The notes under the pieces were generated by a model that saw only the letters and a program-made list of their open reading frames with translations, was not told the origin of the DNA and did no database searches. A stretch of DNA of 62,382 nucleotides, counting the filler. It is 3 parts of 3 records of this genome, joined end to end, with 100 filler letters (N's around TTAATTAATTAA, not from the genome) between each part and the next. Parts side by side here need not be neighbours in the genome. Positions count along the whole stretch, not along the records: positions 44,502 to 62,382 come from DRR378314_1374; 2 more parts are not named here. One strand, given 5' to 3'. Below are positions 54,077 through 62,382 of this stretch, one piece after another. The translations under genes were made by a program, and so were the position numbers. Numbering within the stretch: position 1 is the stretch's first letter; every line of letters starts with the position of its first letter.

Positions 54077-56263
54077 ATGCGAGCAGGCTGCCGCATTGAC
54101 ACACCCAACGCTGTCATTAAGCAGGCATCAGCCTTGGTTCATCATGCCGCCCGCTTGCAGCGCCGTCGTTGGCGGGCACTGGTATGGCTATATGGGGCGC
54201 CTGATAAGGCCCGCCAGCAGGCGCAACGGTTGTGGGAAGCGCAAACGTGGCAGGCACCGCTGTGGGTGGGTGCTGAGCACGAGACGCCAGTGGCGCCATG
54301 TTTACCAGCCAGTAAAGCTCGCACACGGCTAGGTGCGGAGCATCAGCTAATCGTCCTAGACGCTAGTGGTAGCCAAGGATTAGATCCAGATGCGCTAGGT
54401 GCATTAGCGGGTACCGTGAGTGCTGGCGGGTTATTGGTCGTTATCACGCCAGACAACTGGGGCGAACAGCCTGATCCTGACTATGCCCGCTTTGCCGATT
54501 ATCCGTGGCGTTGGGATTCGCTGAGCGCTCATTACCTTAAGCGGTTAGCGTTTCAATTAACGGGTGAGAGCACTATTGTTCGCTGGGAGGTAGACGGTAG
54601 CCTCACGCTGCCTGGGCTGTCTATTCGAGACCCGCGTGCGGCTCCGTTTGACGACGCAGACTGTTTGACGGCTGACCAGGCTCGTGCAGTGAATGCGCTA
54701 GTAAAACTAAAGCGTCGCCGGCCATTGGTTATTACCGCGGATCGTGGGCGGGGTAAAAGCGCTGCATTGGGCATTGCTTGTGCTCGCCTGCTACAAAAAA
54801 GTGTGACGCAACTGGTGGTGACGGCACCTCGACTCAGTTCAGTGGAAAGCTTGTTTGCGCGCGTGGTAGCGCTATGCCCGGAAGGTCAACGCCTCAGCTC
54901 AGCGCGGTTTGAACTGCCGAGCGGTAGCTCGCTGTGTTTCCTTGCGCCTGATGCGCTTAACGAACAGGTTGATCAGGCAAGACTCGGCGGTAGCGGCAGC
55001 TATTTACTCGTCGACGAGGCAGCGGCCATTCCTGCGGCAATGTTAGCCCACTGGCTTGCTGCCTTTCCACGTATCGCGTTTGCAACTACCGTGCATGGCT
55101 ATGAAGGCTCAGGGCGCGGCTTTGCACTACGCTTTCGCGAGGTGCTCAACCGAACAGCCCCTCAATGGCGAGAGTTACCGTTAGATGCCCCTGTTCGCTG
55201 GTCTGTGGGAGATCCTTTAGAAGCGACTATCCAAACGTTGCTACTGCTCAACGCTCCGTTGCCTGAGGCACACGCCAGTACTCATTGCCAGGCGGCCTCT
55301 ATGGTGTTGACCCAGGCGCAGCTAGCCAAGCAGCGTGAGTTGTTAGCGAAACTGTTTGGCTTGCTGGTGCAGTCCCACTATCGCACCACACCTAGTGACT
55401 TGCGCCAGCTGTTAGATGGCCCTGGTACCGCCATTCGCACAATCATCGCATCACAAGAGCCCCAGGCCGTTTTGGTGACCCGTGAAGAGGGCGGCTTTAA
55501 TGCCGCACTTGCTGAGCAAGTGGCGCGTGGTGAGCGACGCCCTCAAGGCCATCTACTGGCCCAGTCGTTGGCGGCTCACAGTGGCAGCCGTGAGGCGTTA
55601 ACCTCGCGCTGGCGGCGGGTGGCACGCATTGCTACTCATCCAGAGCGGCGGCGTGAAGGATTAGGGCGCAGGTTGTTAGAAGAGGATATAGCTAACGCTA
55701 GCCAGCAGGGTATCGCGCTTTACGGGGCTACCTTTGGTGCCGAAGCATCGTTGCTGCGTTTTTGGCTGGCGCTCGGGTTTACGCCTGTTCGTTTAGGCAT
55801 CACTCGAGAAACGGCTACCGGCGAGTACGCCATTATGGTGGCGCGCGCGCTGACCAGCGAAGGGCAAGCCGTGCTAGCGTCGCTGGGTGATACCTTTGCG
55901 GCCTCATTGATAACGCTATTGGCCTTTGAATTAGCGACACTGCCCGCACCGATCGTCGCGTTACTGCTGCCGTCCTTGCCTCGTTTGCCGCTTAGCACCG
56001 CTGAGCTTCAGGCGGTGGACGATGTGGCGTATGCGCACCGCGACCCTGCCTTGGCAAGGACGGCGCTTCAGGCGCTGGCCAAAGAGGCTAGCCATTGGTC
56101 ATTAGAGCAAGAGGCGCACATCGCCCACCAGCAGTTGATTACCTGGGCCTTCCAAAACCAGCCGTTAGCAAAGGCGCACGGTGAGTCAGTGCGGCTGATT
56201 CGTCGCGCGACTCAACAAATTATTGAGCAGCGCACGCTTTTCCCCAGTAGCCCGGAGGGGTAA
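54077..56263 (+). CDS. tmcA: tRNA(Met) cytidine acetyltransferase
   Basis: LVITADRGRGKSAALG, LLVDEAAAIP, FATTVHGYEGSGRGFALRF, HYRTTPSDLRQLLD, RRPQGHLL, RIATHP. Confidence 0.95.
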   Translation: MRAGCRIDTPNAVIKQASALVHHAARLQRRRWRALVWLYGAPDKARQQAQRLWEAQTWQAPLWVGAEHETPVAPCLPASKARTRLGAEHQLIVLDASGSQGLDPDALGALAGTVSAGGLLVVITPDNWGEQPDPDYARFADYPWRWDSLSAHYLKRLAFQLTGESTIVRWEVDGSLTLPGLSIRDPRAAPFDDADCLTADQARAVNALVKLKRRRPLVITADRGRGKSAALGIACARLLQKSVTQLVVTAPRLSSVESLFARVVALCPEGQRLSSARFELPSGSSLCFLAPDALNEQVDQARLGGSGSYLLVDEAAAIPAAMLAHWLAAFPRIAFATTVHGYEGSGRGFALRFREVLNRTAPQWRELPLDAPVRWSVGDPLEATIQTLLLLNAPLPEAHASTHCQAASMVLTQAQLAKQRELLAKLFGLLVQSHYRTTPSDLRQLLDGPGTAIRTIIASQEPQAVLVTREEGGFNAALAEQVARGERRPQGHLLAQSLAAHSGSREALTSRWRRVARIATHPERRREGLGRRLLEEDIANASQQGIALYGATFGAEASLLRFWLALGFTPVRLGITRETATGEYAIMVARALTSEGQAVLASLGDTFAASLITLLAFELATLPAPIVALLLPSLPRLPLSTAELQAVDDVAYAHRDPALARTALQALAKEASHWSLEQEAHIAHQQLITWAFQNQPLAKAHGESVRLIRRATQQIIEQRTLFPSSPEG

Positions 56264-56295
56264 AGTAAACTGGTTATCGATAATGAAGAGTTTCC

Positions 56296-57759
56296 ATGAA
56301 CGCACATCTAGAAGCCCTCGAGCCACGTTTAGTGTGGCAGCACTTTCGCACACTATGTAATACGCCGCGTCCCTCTGGTCATGAGGCCGCGCTGGTGGCG
56401 ACGTTGGAGGCCTGGGCCGATTCCCAGGGGCTACCCCACGACCGTGATGAGTTTGGCAACTTGCGCATTTGTAAGCCAGCCACGCCCGGCTGTGAAAGCG
56501 CGCCAGGCATCGTGCTGCAGGGCCATCTAGATATGGTGGCGCAAGCTAACGCAGGCCATGACCACGATTTTACCCGCGATCCTATTCAGACGTATGAAAA
56601 AGACGGTTGGCTCTTTGCTGATGGCACCACACTAGGTGCTGATAATGGCCTTGGTGTCGCCGCTATTCTGGCCGTATTGGAAGACCCAGAGCTTACTCAT
56701 GGCCCGTTAGAAGCACTGTTTACGCTAGAGGAAGAGACCTCTATGGGGGGCGCGCTCAATCTTGCTGAAAATTGGCTGGAAGGGTCATTGCTGCTCAATT
56801 TAGACAGTGAAGATCGCGGCCAAGTCTATATCGGCTGCGCCGGAGGCGCTGATGTAGTAGTGAATGCGCAGCTCCCCAGTACGGCGCTGCAAGATAATGA
56901 GCAAGTGATTTCGCTGGCGCTGACGGGGCTGAAAGGCGGCCACTCGGGGATGGATATTGATAAACCCCTGGGCAACGCGAATCGCTTGCTAGTCCGCGTG
57001 CTGTGGGCATTGGAATCCTTTGGTGCGCGACTGGTTAATTACCATGGCGGCACACTGCGTAATGCCATCCCTCGCGAAGCGTTTGCGCAAATTGCCCTGC
57101 CTGCGGATGAGCTGGACGCCGCGCTGGCGATGGTGGAAACGCTTGCTGGTACGCTAAAAGCTGAATTGGGCAGTGGCGATAGCAATATGACGCTTACTGC
57201 TGAGCGCGTGGAGCTGGCTGACGCTGAACCACTAACGCGGGACGCCAGTGCGATGCTGCTGGCTGCGCTGCATGCGGCCCCCTGTGGGGTCGAACGCATG
57301 AGTGCTGATGTACCGGGGGTAGTGGAAACTTCGAACAATTTAGGTGTATTAAGCGTCGAAAACGGACGTTTCCATCTTTGTGCACTGGTGCGTTCACTGC
57401 ATGACAGTGCCACTGACGCGATGGCGGGACGTTTTCAGGCGCTATTTGGCCTGATAGGCGCTAGAGTGAAAGTGGAAAATGGCTACCCAGGTTGGGTGCC
57501 TAATCCACAAAGCCCCTTGCTTGCTACCTTTAATGCTCGGCATGCTGCATTAATGGGCCGTGAACCCGAGGTCAAGGTGATTCATGCCGGCCTTGAATGT
57601 GGCATCCTGGGAAGTAAATACCCACAGTTAGACATGATTTCGTTTGGCCCGCTGATTCGCGGTGCGCATTCGCCAGCCGAGCGAGTGGAAATTGCCTCGG
57701 TGGCGGAGTTCTGGGAGATGCTGCGCGATTTCATTGAAACCTTGGCGAACTCTCGTTAG
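56296..57759 (+). CDS. pepD: Aminoacyl-histidine dipeptidase (M20 family)
   Basis: PRPSGHE, LQGHLDMV, GTTLGADNG, EEETSMGGA, NLDSED, GLKGGHSG, IHAGLECG, HSPAE. Confidence 0.95.
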   Translation: MNAHLEALEPRLVWQHFRTLCNTPRPSGHEAALVATLEAWADSQGLPHDRDEFGNLRICKPATPGCESAPGIVLQGHLDMVAQANAGHDHDFTRDPIQTYEKDGWLFADGTTLGADNGLGVAAILAVLEDPELTHGPLEALFTLEEETSMGGALNLAENWLEGSLLLNLDSEDRGQVYIGCAGGADVVVNAQLPSTALQDNEQVISLALTGLKGGHSGMDIDKPLGNANRLLVRVLWALESFGARLVNYHGGTLRNAIPREAFAQIALPADELDAALAMVETLAGTLKAELGSGDSNMTLTAERVELADAEPLTRDASAMLLAALHAAPCGVERMSADVPGVVETSNNLGVLSVENGRFHLCALVRSLHDSATDAMAGRFQALFGLIGARVKVENGYPGWVPNPQSPLLATFNARHAALMGREPEVKVIHAGLECGILGSKYPQLDMISFGPLIRGAHSPAERVEIASVAEFWEMLRDFIETLANSR

Positions 57760-57771
57760 ACAAATCGCCAT

Positions 57772-57803
57772 AAAAAAACGGCACCGTATAGGGTGCCGTT
57801 TTT
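57772..57803. terminator. Bidirectional rho-independent terminator (pepD / dps)
   Basis: AAAAAAACGGCACC-gtatag-GGTGCCGTTTTT. Confidence 0.88.
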
Positions 57804-57854
57804 GTTAGTGCTTACCCCCTGCCTACGTTGGTTGTCAGCGAGGTAAGCCTCGTA

Positions 57855-58331
57855 TTATTTGCTCAAGTAAGCGTTGAGCATCCATACGGTTTTTTCCTGC
57901 TCGCGAATATAGTCGCCGGCTTGTGCAGCGGTGCCTTCATCGTCAGCGTCCGACGCAATTGCCAGCAATTCCCGCTGTAATTCAATCAGTGTTTGATAAC
58001 CTGTGAGTACGCCTTTCACGCAGGTTTGACCATCATGAACATCTTTATCTTCTTCAATACGCGAAATTTTTACATAGTCGCTATACGCATGAATAGGCTT
58101 GTGGCCTAACGTCAAAATACGCTCTGCCACTTCATCTACTTTGGTAAGTAAGTCGGTATAAAACTCTTCAAATTTTGCGTGTAGCTCAAAGAAGTCGCTA
58201 CCTCGAACGTTCCAGTGGTAGCCACGAACGTTCATATAGAAAATCTGATAATTGGCCAGCAGGTGATTAAGTTTCTCGGCGAGTTGGCTTGCGCTGCCTT
58301 CGTGTAAGCCAATGCTATTTGTATCACTCAT
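57855..58331 (-). CDS. dps: Dps family DNA starvation/stationary-phase protection protein
   Basis: HWNVRG.DFFELHAKFEE, DEVAERILTLG, EKTVWML; SD GGAGGAG before ATG 58331. Confidence 0.95.
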   Translation of the reverse strand: MSDTNSIGLHEGSASQLAEKLNHLLANYQIFYMNVRGYHWNVRGSDFFELHAKFEEFYTDLLTKVDEVAERILTLGHKPIHAYSDYVKISRIEEDKDVHDGQTCVKGVLTGYQTLIELQRELLAIASDADDEGTAAQAGDYIREQEKTVWMLNAYLSK

Positions 58332-58422
58332 GTAGTGCTCCTCCATGGTTGCAACCGCTCTGAAAACAGTACGGTCATCAAATCGTTCGATTTAGCTTAA
58401 GACGCTTAGCAAGCGTTGCAAA

Positions 58423-58459
58423 ACAAGTTTTTTGCATCGCGGCAATAGCGTCATACCAT
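58423..58459 (-). promoter_or_regulatory. Candidate OxyR box adjacent to the dps -35
   Basis: Minus strand ATGG-N7-CTAT-N7-ATGC-N7-TTGT versus OxyR ATAG-N7-CTAT-N7-ATAG-N7-CTAT, just upstream of TTGCAA-N16-TAAGCT. Confidence 0.5.
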
Positions 58460-58613
58460 TACCTTGGCGGTGAGCTGGCGACGGCTGACTCATCGCTTAC
58501 GCAACATAGTACAGGGCTGATATGCCGTCGAATGTATGCCTAATAAAAGAGATGTAGGCGCCTAGGGTGTTTTTCAAGGGGCATATTTTTCACGCGTTGG
58601 CTGGCTGGTCCGT

Positions 58614-59744
58614 TTATCGAGCGAGCCAAAGCCTTGCAATGCTCTCACAGCGGTCAGCGAGTAGCTCTGCGGTGCGTGGTAAAGCATCTTCAAGTGTCAT
58701 CGGGCCGTCGGCAAGGGCAAACGCAGCGGTAACGCCTTCTTCTAGGCAGGCCTGCCACCCTTCACCCAGGCTACCGGCCAGTACGATGACCGGCTTGCCG
58801 TGGCGTTTGGCGGTACGGGCAACGCCAATAGGCGTTTTACCCGAAAGGCTTTGGCCATCTAGGCGACCTTCTCCGGTAATCACTACGTCAATATCAGGAA
58901 GCAGGCTGGGTAGCTTGGCCTGCTGCATCATTATCTCAATGCCGGGCGTGAGAGTGGCGTTCAGAAAGCTGCGAGCGGCAAATCCCATACCACCTGCAGC
59001 CCCCGCGCCGGCTAATTCTTTTTCATCGCGACCCAGTACCTGGGCGCTTAGCTCGGCAAAGTGGCCAATAGCGCGATCAAGCGTGGCAACATCGTCAGGT
59101 GATGCGCCTTTTTGTGGGCCAAAGACAGCGCTCGCCCCACGTGATCCTAGCAGCGGGTTATCTACATCCACGGCGGCTTCAACTTCTAAGCTGTTTAAAC
59201 GAGCGTCTAGCGTGGAAAGGTCTAGTGTTGCAAGCTGCTGGAGTGCTGCGCCACCGGGGGGAAGCGAGTTACCGTGCTTATCTAATAACTTGGCTCCCAG
59301 TGCTTGGAGCATGCCTGCGCCTGCGTCATTGGTGGCACTACCTCCTAAAAAGAGCAGCGCCTTCGTGGCGCCAGCATCAAGCGCCGCGTGAAATAGCTCT
59401 CCGACGCCGTAAGTGGTGGTATGCAGGGCATTACGTTGATGAGGGGATAGATGCTGCAGCCCACTGGCTTCTGCTAGTTCGATAAACGCGGTACGCTGCT
59501 CGCTAAGCCAGCCCCAGGATGCTTGACGCGGCCGCCCCAAGGCATCTTGTACCGTAAGGTGACGTCGCTCGGCATGGGTGGCGGCAATCAGCGCATCCAA
59601 GCTGCCTTCGCCGCCATCAGCAAGCGGGCAAAGGTGGATCGTGGCGGTTGGCGAAGCCCGTTGAATACCGTCTGCCATGGCGCTTGCTGCTTGTTCAGCG
59701 CTAAGCGCATCTTTAAAACTATCGGGGCAAAGCAGAACATTCAT
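58614..59744 (-). CDS. Glycerate kinase (GlxK/GarK family)
   Basis: CPDSFKDAL, PLADGGEG, IELAEASGL, LGGSATNDAG, VFGPQKGA, GAGAAGG, VITGEGRLDGQSLSGK. Confidence 0.95.
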   Translation of the reverse strand: MNVLLCPDSFKDALSAEQAASAMADGIQRASPTATIHLCPLADGGEGSLDALIAATHAERRHLTVQDALGRPRQASWGWLSEQRTAFIELAEASGLQHLSPHQRNALHTTTYGVGELFHAALDAGATKALLFLGGSATNDAGAGMLQALGAKLLDKHGNSLPPGGAALQQLATLDLSTLDARLNSLEVEAAVDVDNPLLGSRGASAVFGPQKGASPDDVATLDRAIGHFAELSAQVLGRDEKELAGAGAAGGMGFAARSFLNATLTPGIEIMMQQAKLPSLLPDIDVVITGEGRLDGQSLSGKTPIGVARTAKRHGKPVIVLAGSLGEGWQACLEEGVTAAFALADGPMTLEDALPRTAELLADRCESIARLWLAR

Positions 59745-59878
59745 CGCACAACCTCCCTAACGTGTTGTCATAATTGTTTATCGTGGTTTTTTATCATTTA
59801 TCTTAATGAATGGCTGCTGGCGAGCTTAGCGCGGCGTTCGATGACACACCAGCCGCATCTGAGATGAGAGGATCACTC

Positions 59879-60457
59879 ATGAAGGCAATACTACCGATTA
59901 GCATGACGTGCTTGTTGATACTGACAGGCTGCCAAGCAGTGCCAGAGCGTCTTCCTCAAGCGGAGCCAGCGCCTTCTGCAGCCTGCTACTTTCCCACTGG
60001 GCCGTCTGGTCAAACGGCACCGCCATTGGAGGTGGTGGCGCAAAGTATTGACGTATTGGAAGCATGGGGGTTTGAGCTTGAAGCTACCGACACCGATTTA
60101 GGCTTGGTGACCGCTAGTCGACAGCGAGATTTGATTGGCTACTACGACCCTTATGATAACGACTTTGGGTATGGGCGAAGCATGCGGGTATTTGGTGGTT
60201 TTGGTTTGGGGCGTGGTGGTTCCAGCATTGGTCTGGGGATTGGTAGTGGATTTGGAGGCGGTTTCCGCCACCAACCTGTCGAAGTAGAGCGAGTATCGCT
60301 ACTGGCACGTGATGGGCATATTCGGCTTTCCCGAGATATTCGGCGCTTTGACCACTTAGGGGATCTGCGTGAATCTTACAGCGCTAGCAATGATGATTTT
60401 TGTCAACGTTTCCAAACTGCGTTTGAGCAAACGGCAGCTACCCCGAGGGCGTTATGA
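59879..60457 (+). CDS. Hypothetical lipoprotein with Gly-rich insert
   Basis: Lipobox LTGC, SD GAGG; segment GGFGLGRGGSSIGLGIGSGFGGGF. Confidence 0.8.
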   Translation: MKAILPISMTCLLILTGCQAVPERLPQAEPAPSAACYFPTGPSGQTAPPLEVVAQSIDVLEAWGFELEATDTDLGLVTASRQRDLIGYYDPYDNDFGYGRSMRVFGGFGLGRGGSSIGLGIGSGFGGGFRHQPVEVERVSLLARDGHIRLSRDIRRFDHLGDLRESYSASNDDFCQRFQTAFEQTAATPRAL

Positions 60458-60828
60458 AATCACTACGTAAGCACTTTTTAACGGCCACCGCAGTTCTCAT
60501 GATCATTATGCTGGCAGGCTGTGCCTCTACGCAGCCACTAGAGCCGCGAGAACTACGTTACAGCGCTTCCCCAGAGCAAACGTTCCGCGAAGCCATTGAG
60601 TTAATGATGGAGCAAGGCTATGTCGTTCGGCACGCTGATTTAGCGCTAGGGCGCGCAGATGCAACGTTAGCCCGCTGGCCGGAGTATCGCTTGCAACTGC
60701 AGGTAAGTGAGGTGCCTGGTGGCAGCCGTGTCAGCCTGTCGGCGTTGCGTGGGAATCAGCCGCTGCCACCGTATGTATTAGATCCCTGGCTGGTTGAGCT
60801 GCAACATAAATTAGGAGAGTTGCCGTGA
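60454..60828 (+). CDS. Hypothetical lipoprotein
   Basis: Lipobox LAGC; ATGA overlap with the upstream gene and GTGA overlap with the downstream gene. Confidence 0.8.
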   Translation: MKSLRKHFLTATAVLMIIMLAGCASTQPLEPRELRYSASPEQTFREAIELMMEQGYVVRHADLALGRADATLARWPEYRLQLQVSEVPGGSRVSLSALRGNQPLPPYVLDPWLVELQHKLGELP

Positions 60829-61520
60829 CAGGCGTATTCCCCCTGCTAGGTAACTCACTGAATAAACTCCGCAGTTACTGGGTAGTGCTGGCAATAGGCG
60901 TTTGTAGCACGCTAAACAGTAGCCTTGTGTTGGCCCACCCCCATGGATGGATTGATCTCAGCGTGAGGGTGATAACAAACGATGAGGGGGTCGCAACAGG
61001 GCTTCATCAAACATGGCGAATGGACCCCTTTTACAGTTTGGTGGTGCTCGAAGAGTTACAGCAGGTTCAAGGCAGCAACCTGCAAGAAGGACTTGACCAG
61101 CTAGGCAGCGACATCCGCGATAACCTGTCGCAGCAGCACTACTTTACCGAGGTTCGTGTGAATGGCGAACCGCAAGCGCTGGGTGAGGTATCTGAATACA
61201 CGGCGTTGGAGCGCAATGGTCGCTTAACCTTTATGTTTATTCTGCCGTTAGCAACGCCTCAGCCATTGGCCGGGCGAATGCTGGAGTATCAGGTCTTTGA
61301 CCCAACCTACTATATCGAAGTGGTGCACGAAGAAGAGGACGGGGCACCCTCTGAGCAGGCGCTGATTCTCTATGGTGAGCCCGACTGCCGTTTAAGCGTG
61401 CTACCTGCTGACCCTGATCCCGAGCTCGTTATGCAAGCAGCGCTGTTAGATGTGGATGAAACGGGAGAGTCAGGATTGGGCCGCCATTTTGCAGAAACGG
61501 GGCGGATTGAATGCGACTAG
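60825..61520 (+). CDS. DUF1007 family exported metal-binding protein (ZevA-like)
   Basis: Signal peptide followed by HPHGWID, WRMDPFYS, FDPTYYI. Confidence 0.85.
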   Translation: MTGVFPLLGNSLNKLRSYWVVLAIGVCSTLNSSLVLAHPHGWIDLSVRVITNDEGVATGLHQTWRMDPFYSLVVLEELQQVQGSNLQEGLDQLGSDIRDNLSQQHYFTEVRVNGEPQALGEVSEYTALERNGRLTFMFILPLATPQPLAGRMLEYQVFDPTYYIEVVHEEEDGAPSEQALILYGEPDCRLSVLPADPDPELVMQAALLDVDETGESGLGRHFAETGRIECD

Positions 61521-61544
61521 CGGAAAACCTGGAAGGTCGTGTAT

Positions 61545-61567
61545 AAAGTGTTACTTTATAACTTTCC
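61545..61567. promoter_or_regulatory. Zur-box-like site
   Basis: AAAGTGTTACTTTATAACTTTCC versus gammaproteobacterial Zur consensus GAAATGTTATANTATAACATTTC, 12 bp before the transporter start. Confidence 0.6.
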
Positions 61568-61579
61568 GGCGGAGGGGCA

Positions 61580-62382
61580 ATGCCTTTAACGCGGCAACAA
61601 CTGTTATGGGGAGCGCTTACCGTGTCGGGGGTGCTGCTGTTGGTCTTCATCGTACAGGCTAATTTGCAGGGGGTAAGTCTTCAATTGCTGGCTTGGCAGC
61701 GAGATTTACATCGCACCCTGACGCTTGCTATTACCGAACTCTCTCGTACGCCTTCTAGCAACACTTGGCTAACGCTGCTAGGGGTAAGTTTTGCTTATGG
61801 CGTTTTTCATGCCGCGGGGCCAGGGCATGGCAAAGCGGTATTAGCGACGTATTTAGCGTCTCACGGTGGTGCTACCCGTCGCGCCTTGGGGCTCTCTTTT
61901 GCGGCAGCTCTGCTGCAGGGGGGAACGGCGATTGCTATGGTGGCAGTGCTCGTACATGGGCTAGGCTGGGTGACCCGTCAGGCGATGGGCAGCGTGGTTT
62001 GGGTAGAGCAAGCCAGCTTTATATTAGTGGCACTGTTAGGTGGCTGGTTATGCTGGCGGGCGATAAAACAATTGCGTCACGCTTACTCAGTCCACGCTAG
62101 TGATGCTGCTGGCCACAGTCACAGTCACAGCCATGATCATTCCCACTGCTGCGGTGGGGCTCATCATATTGAGCCTCAACAAGCGCTCGACTGGCGCACA
62201 GCGCTGATGACCGTTGGTGCGATTGGAATGCGTCCGTGCACTGGGGCAGTGCTTATGCTGGGGGCTGCTAGCCTGCTTGGGCAGTTTTACGTCGGTGTCG
62301 CTTCGGTGCTTGCCATGTCGCTTGGTACCGGTATTACCGTTTCTGTGCTGGCGCTTGCAAGCATCGTGGCTCGGGGTTGGGC
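61580..62382 (+). CDS. Ni/Co transporter family protein (RcnA/NicO, ZevB-like), runs off the window; absent from the ORF track
   Basis: SD GGAGG, MPLTRQQLLWG..., WQRDLH, YGVFHAAGPGHGKAV, His-rich loop GHSHSHSHDHSHCCGGAHH, GMRPCTGA. Confidence 0.9.
   Translation, partial: MPLTRQQLLWGALTVSGVLLLVFIVQANLQGVSLQLLAWQRDLHRTLTLAITELSRTPSSNTWLTLLGVSFAYGVFHAAGPGHGKAVLATYLASHGGATRRALGLSFAAALLQGGTAIAMVAVLVHGLGWVTRQAMGSVVWVEQASFILVALLGGWLCWRAIKQLRHAYSVHASDAAGHSHSHSHDHSHCCGGAHHIEPQQALDWRTALMTVGAIGMRPCTGAVLMLGAASLLGQFYVGVASVLAMSLGTGITVSVLALASIVARGW

Noticed and set aside
58567-59391. 274-aa plus-strand ORF
   Set aside because: Antisense shadow of glycerate kinase.
61765-62100. 111-aa ORF in the track
   Set aside because: Wrong frame; the real gene is the Ni/Co transporter starting at 61580.

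Overview
The window is a concatenation of three unrelated contigs joined by 100-bp artificial spacers (N44-TTAATTAATTAA-N44 at 28171-28270 and 44402-44501). Bases 1-28170 are eukaryotic nuclear DNA from an unidentified GC-rich, intron-containing microbial eukaryote. Hand-splicing at GT-AG sites gives AP-3 delta adaptin (partial), exportin-6, a USP7/UBP12-type deubiquitinase, an unknown Ser/Lys-rich protein, a divergent cyclin and a Gln/Gly/Met-rich repeat protein (partial). Most ORF-track entries in this part are shadows. Bases 28271-44401 and 44502-62382 are gammaproteobacterial, most likely Halomonadaceae (an impression from gene content and protein similarity, not a search result). Contig 2 carries an RND efflux pump with a TetR regulator, sigma54-driven codBA, FMN riboswitch-ribH2, GNAT/MocR, fasciclin-ECF sigma-RskA, tag, pcs and an Lrp/MDR module. 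Contig 3 carries polA, an Fe3+ ABC transporter, a TRAP transporter, tmcA, pepD, dps, glycerate kinase and a lipoprotein-DUF1007-Ni/Co transporter cluster. The most novel-looking element is a single ORF (43645 to the contig end) fusing an atypical peptide-deformylase-like metallohydrolase to a PLP-dependent Thr/Ser-dehydratase-like domain. It is divergent from an Lrp regulator and a non-zinc MDR reductase, and the block is bordered by a frameshifted tag remnant. All family assignments are from motif recognition; no database searches were run.
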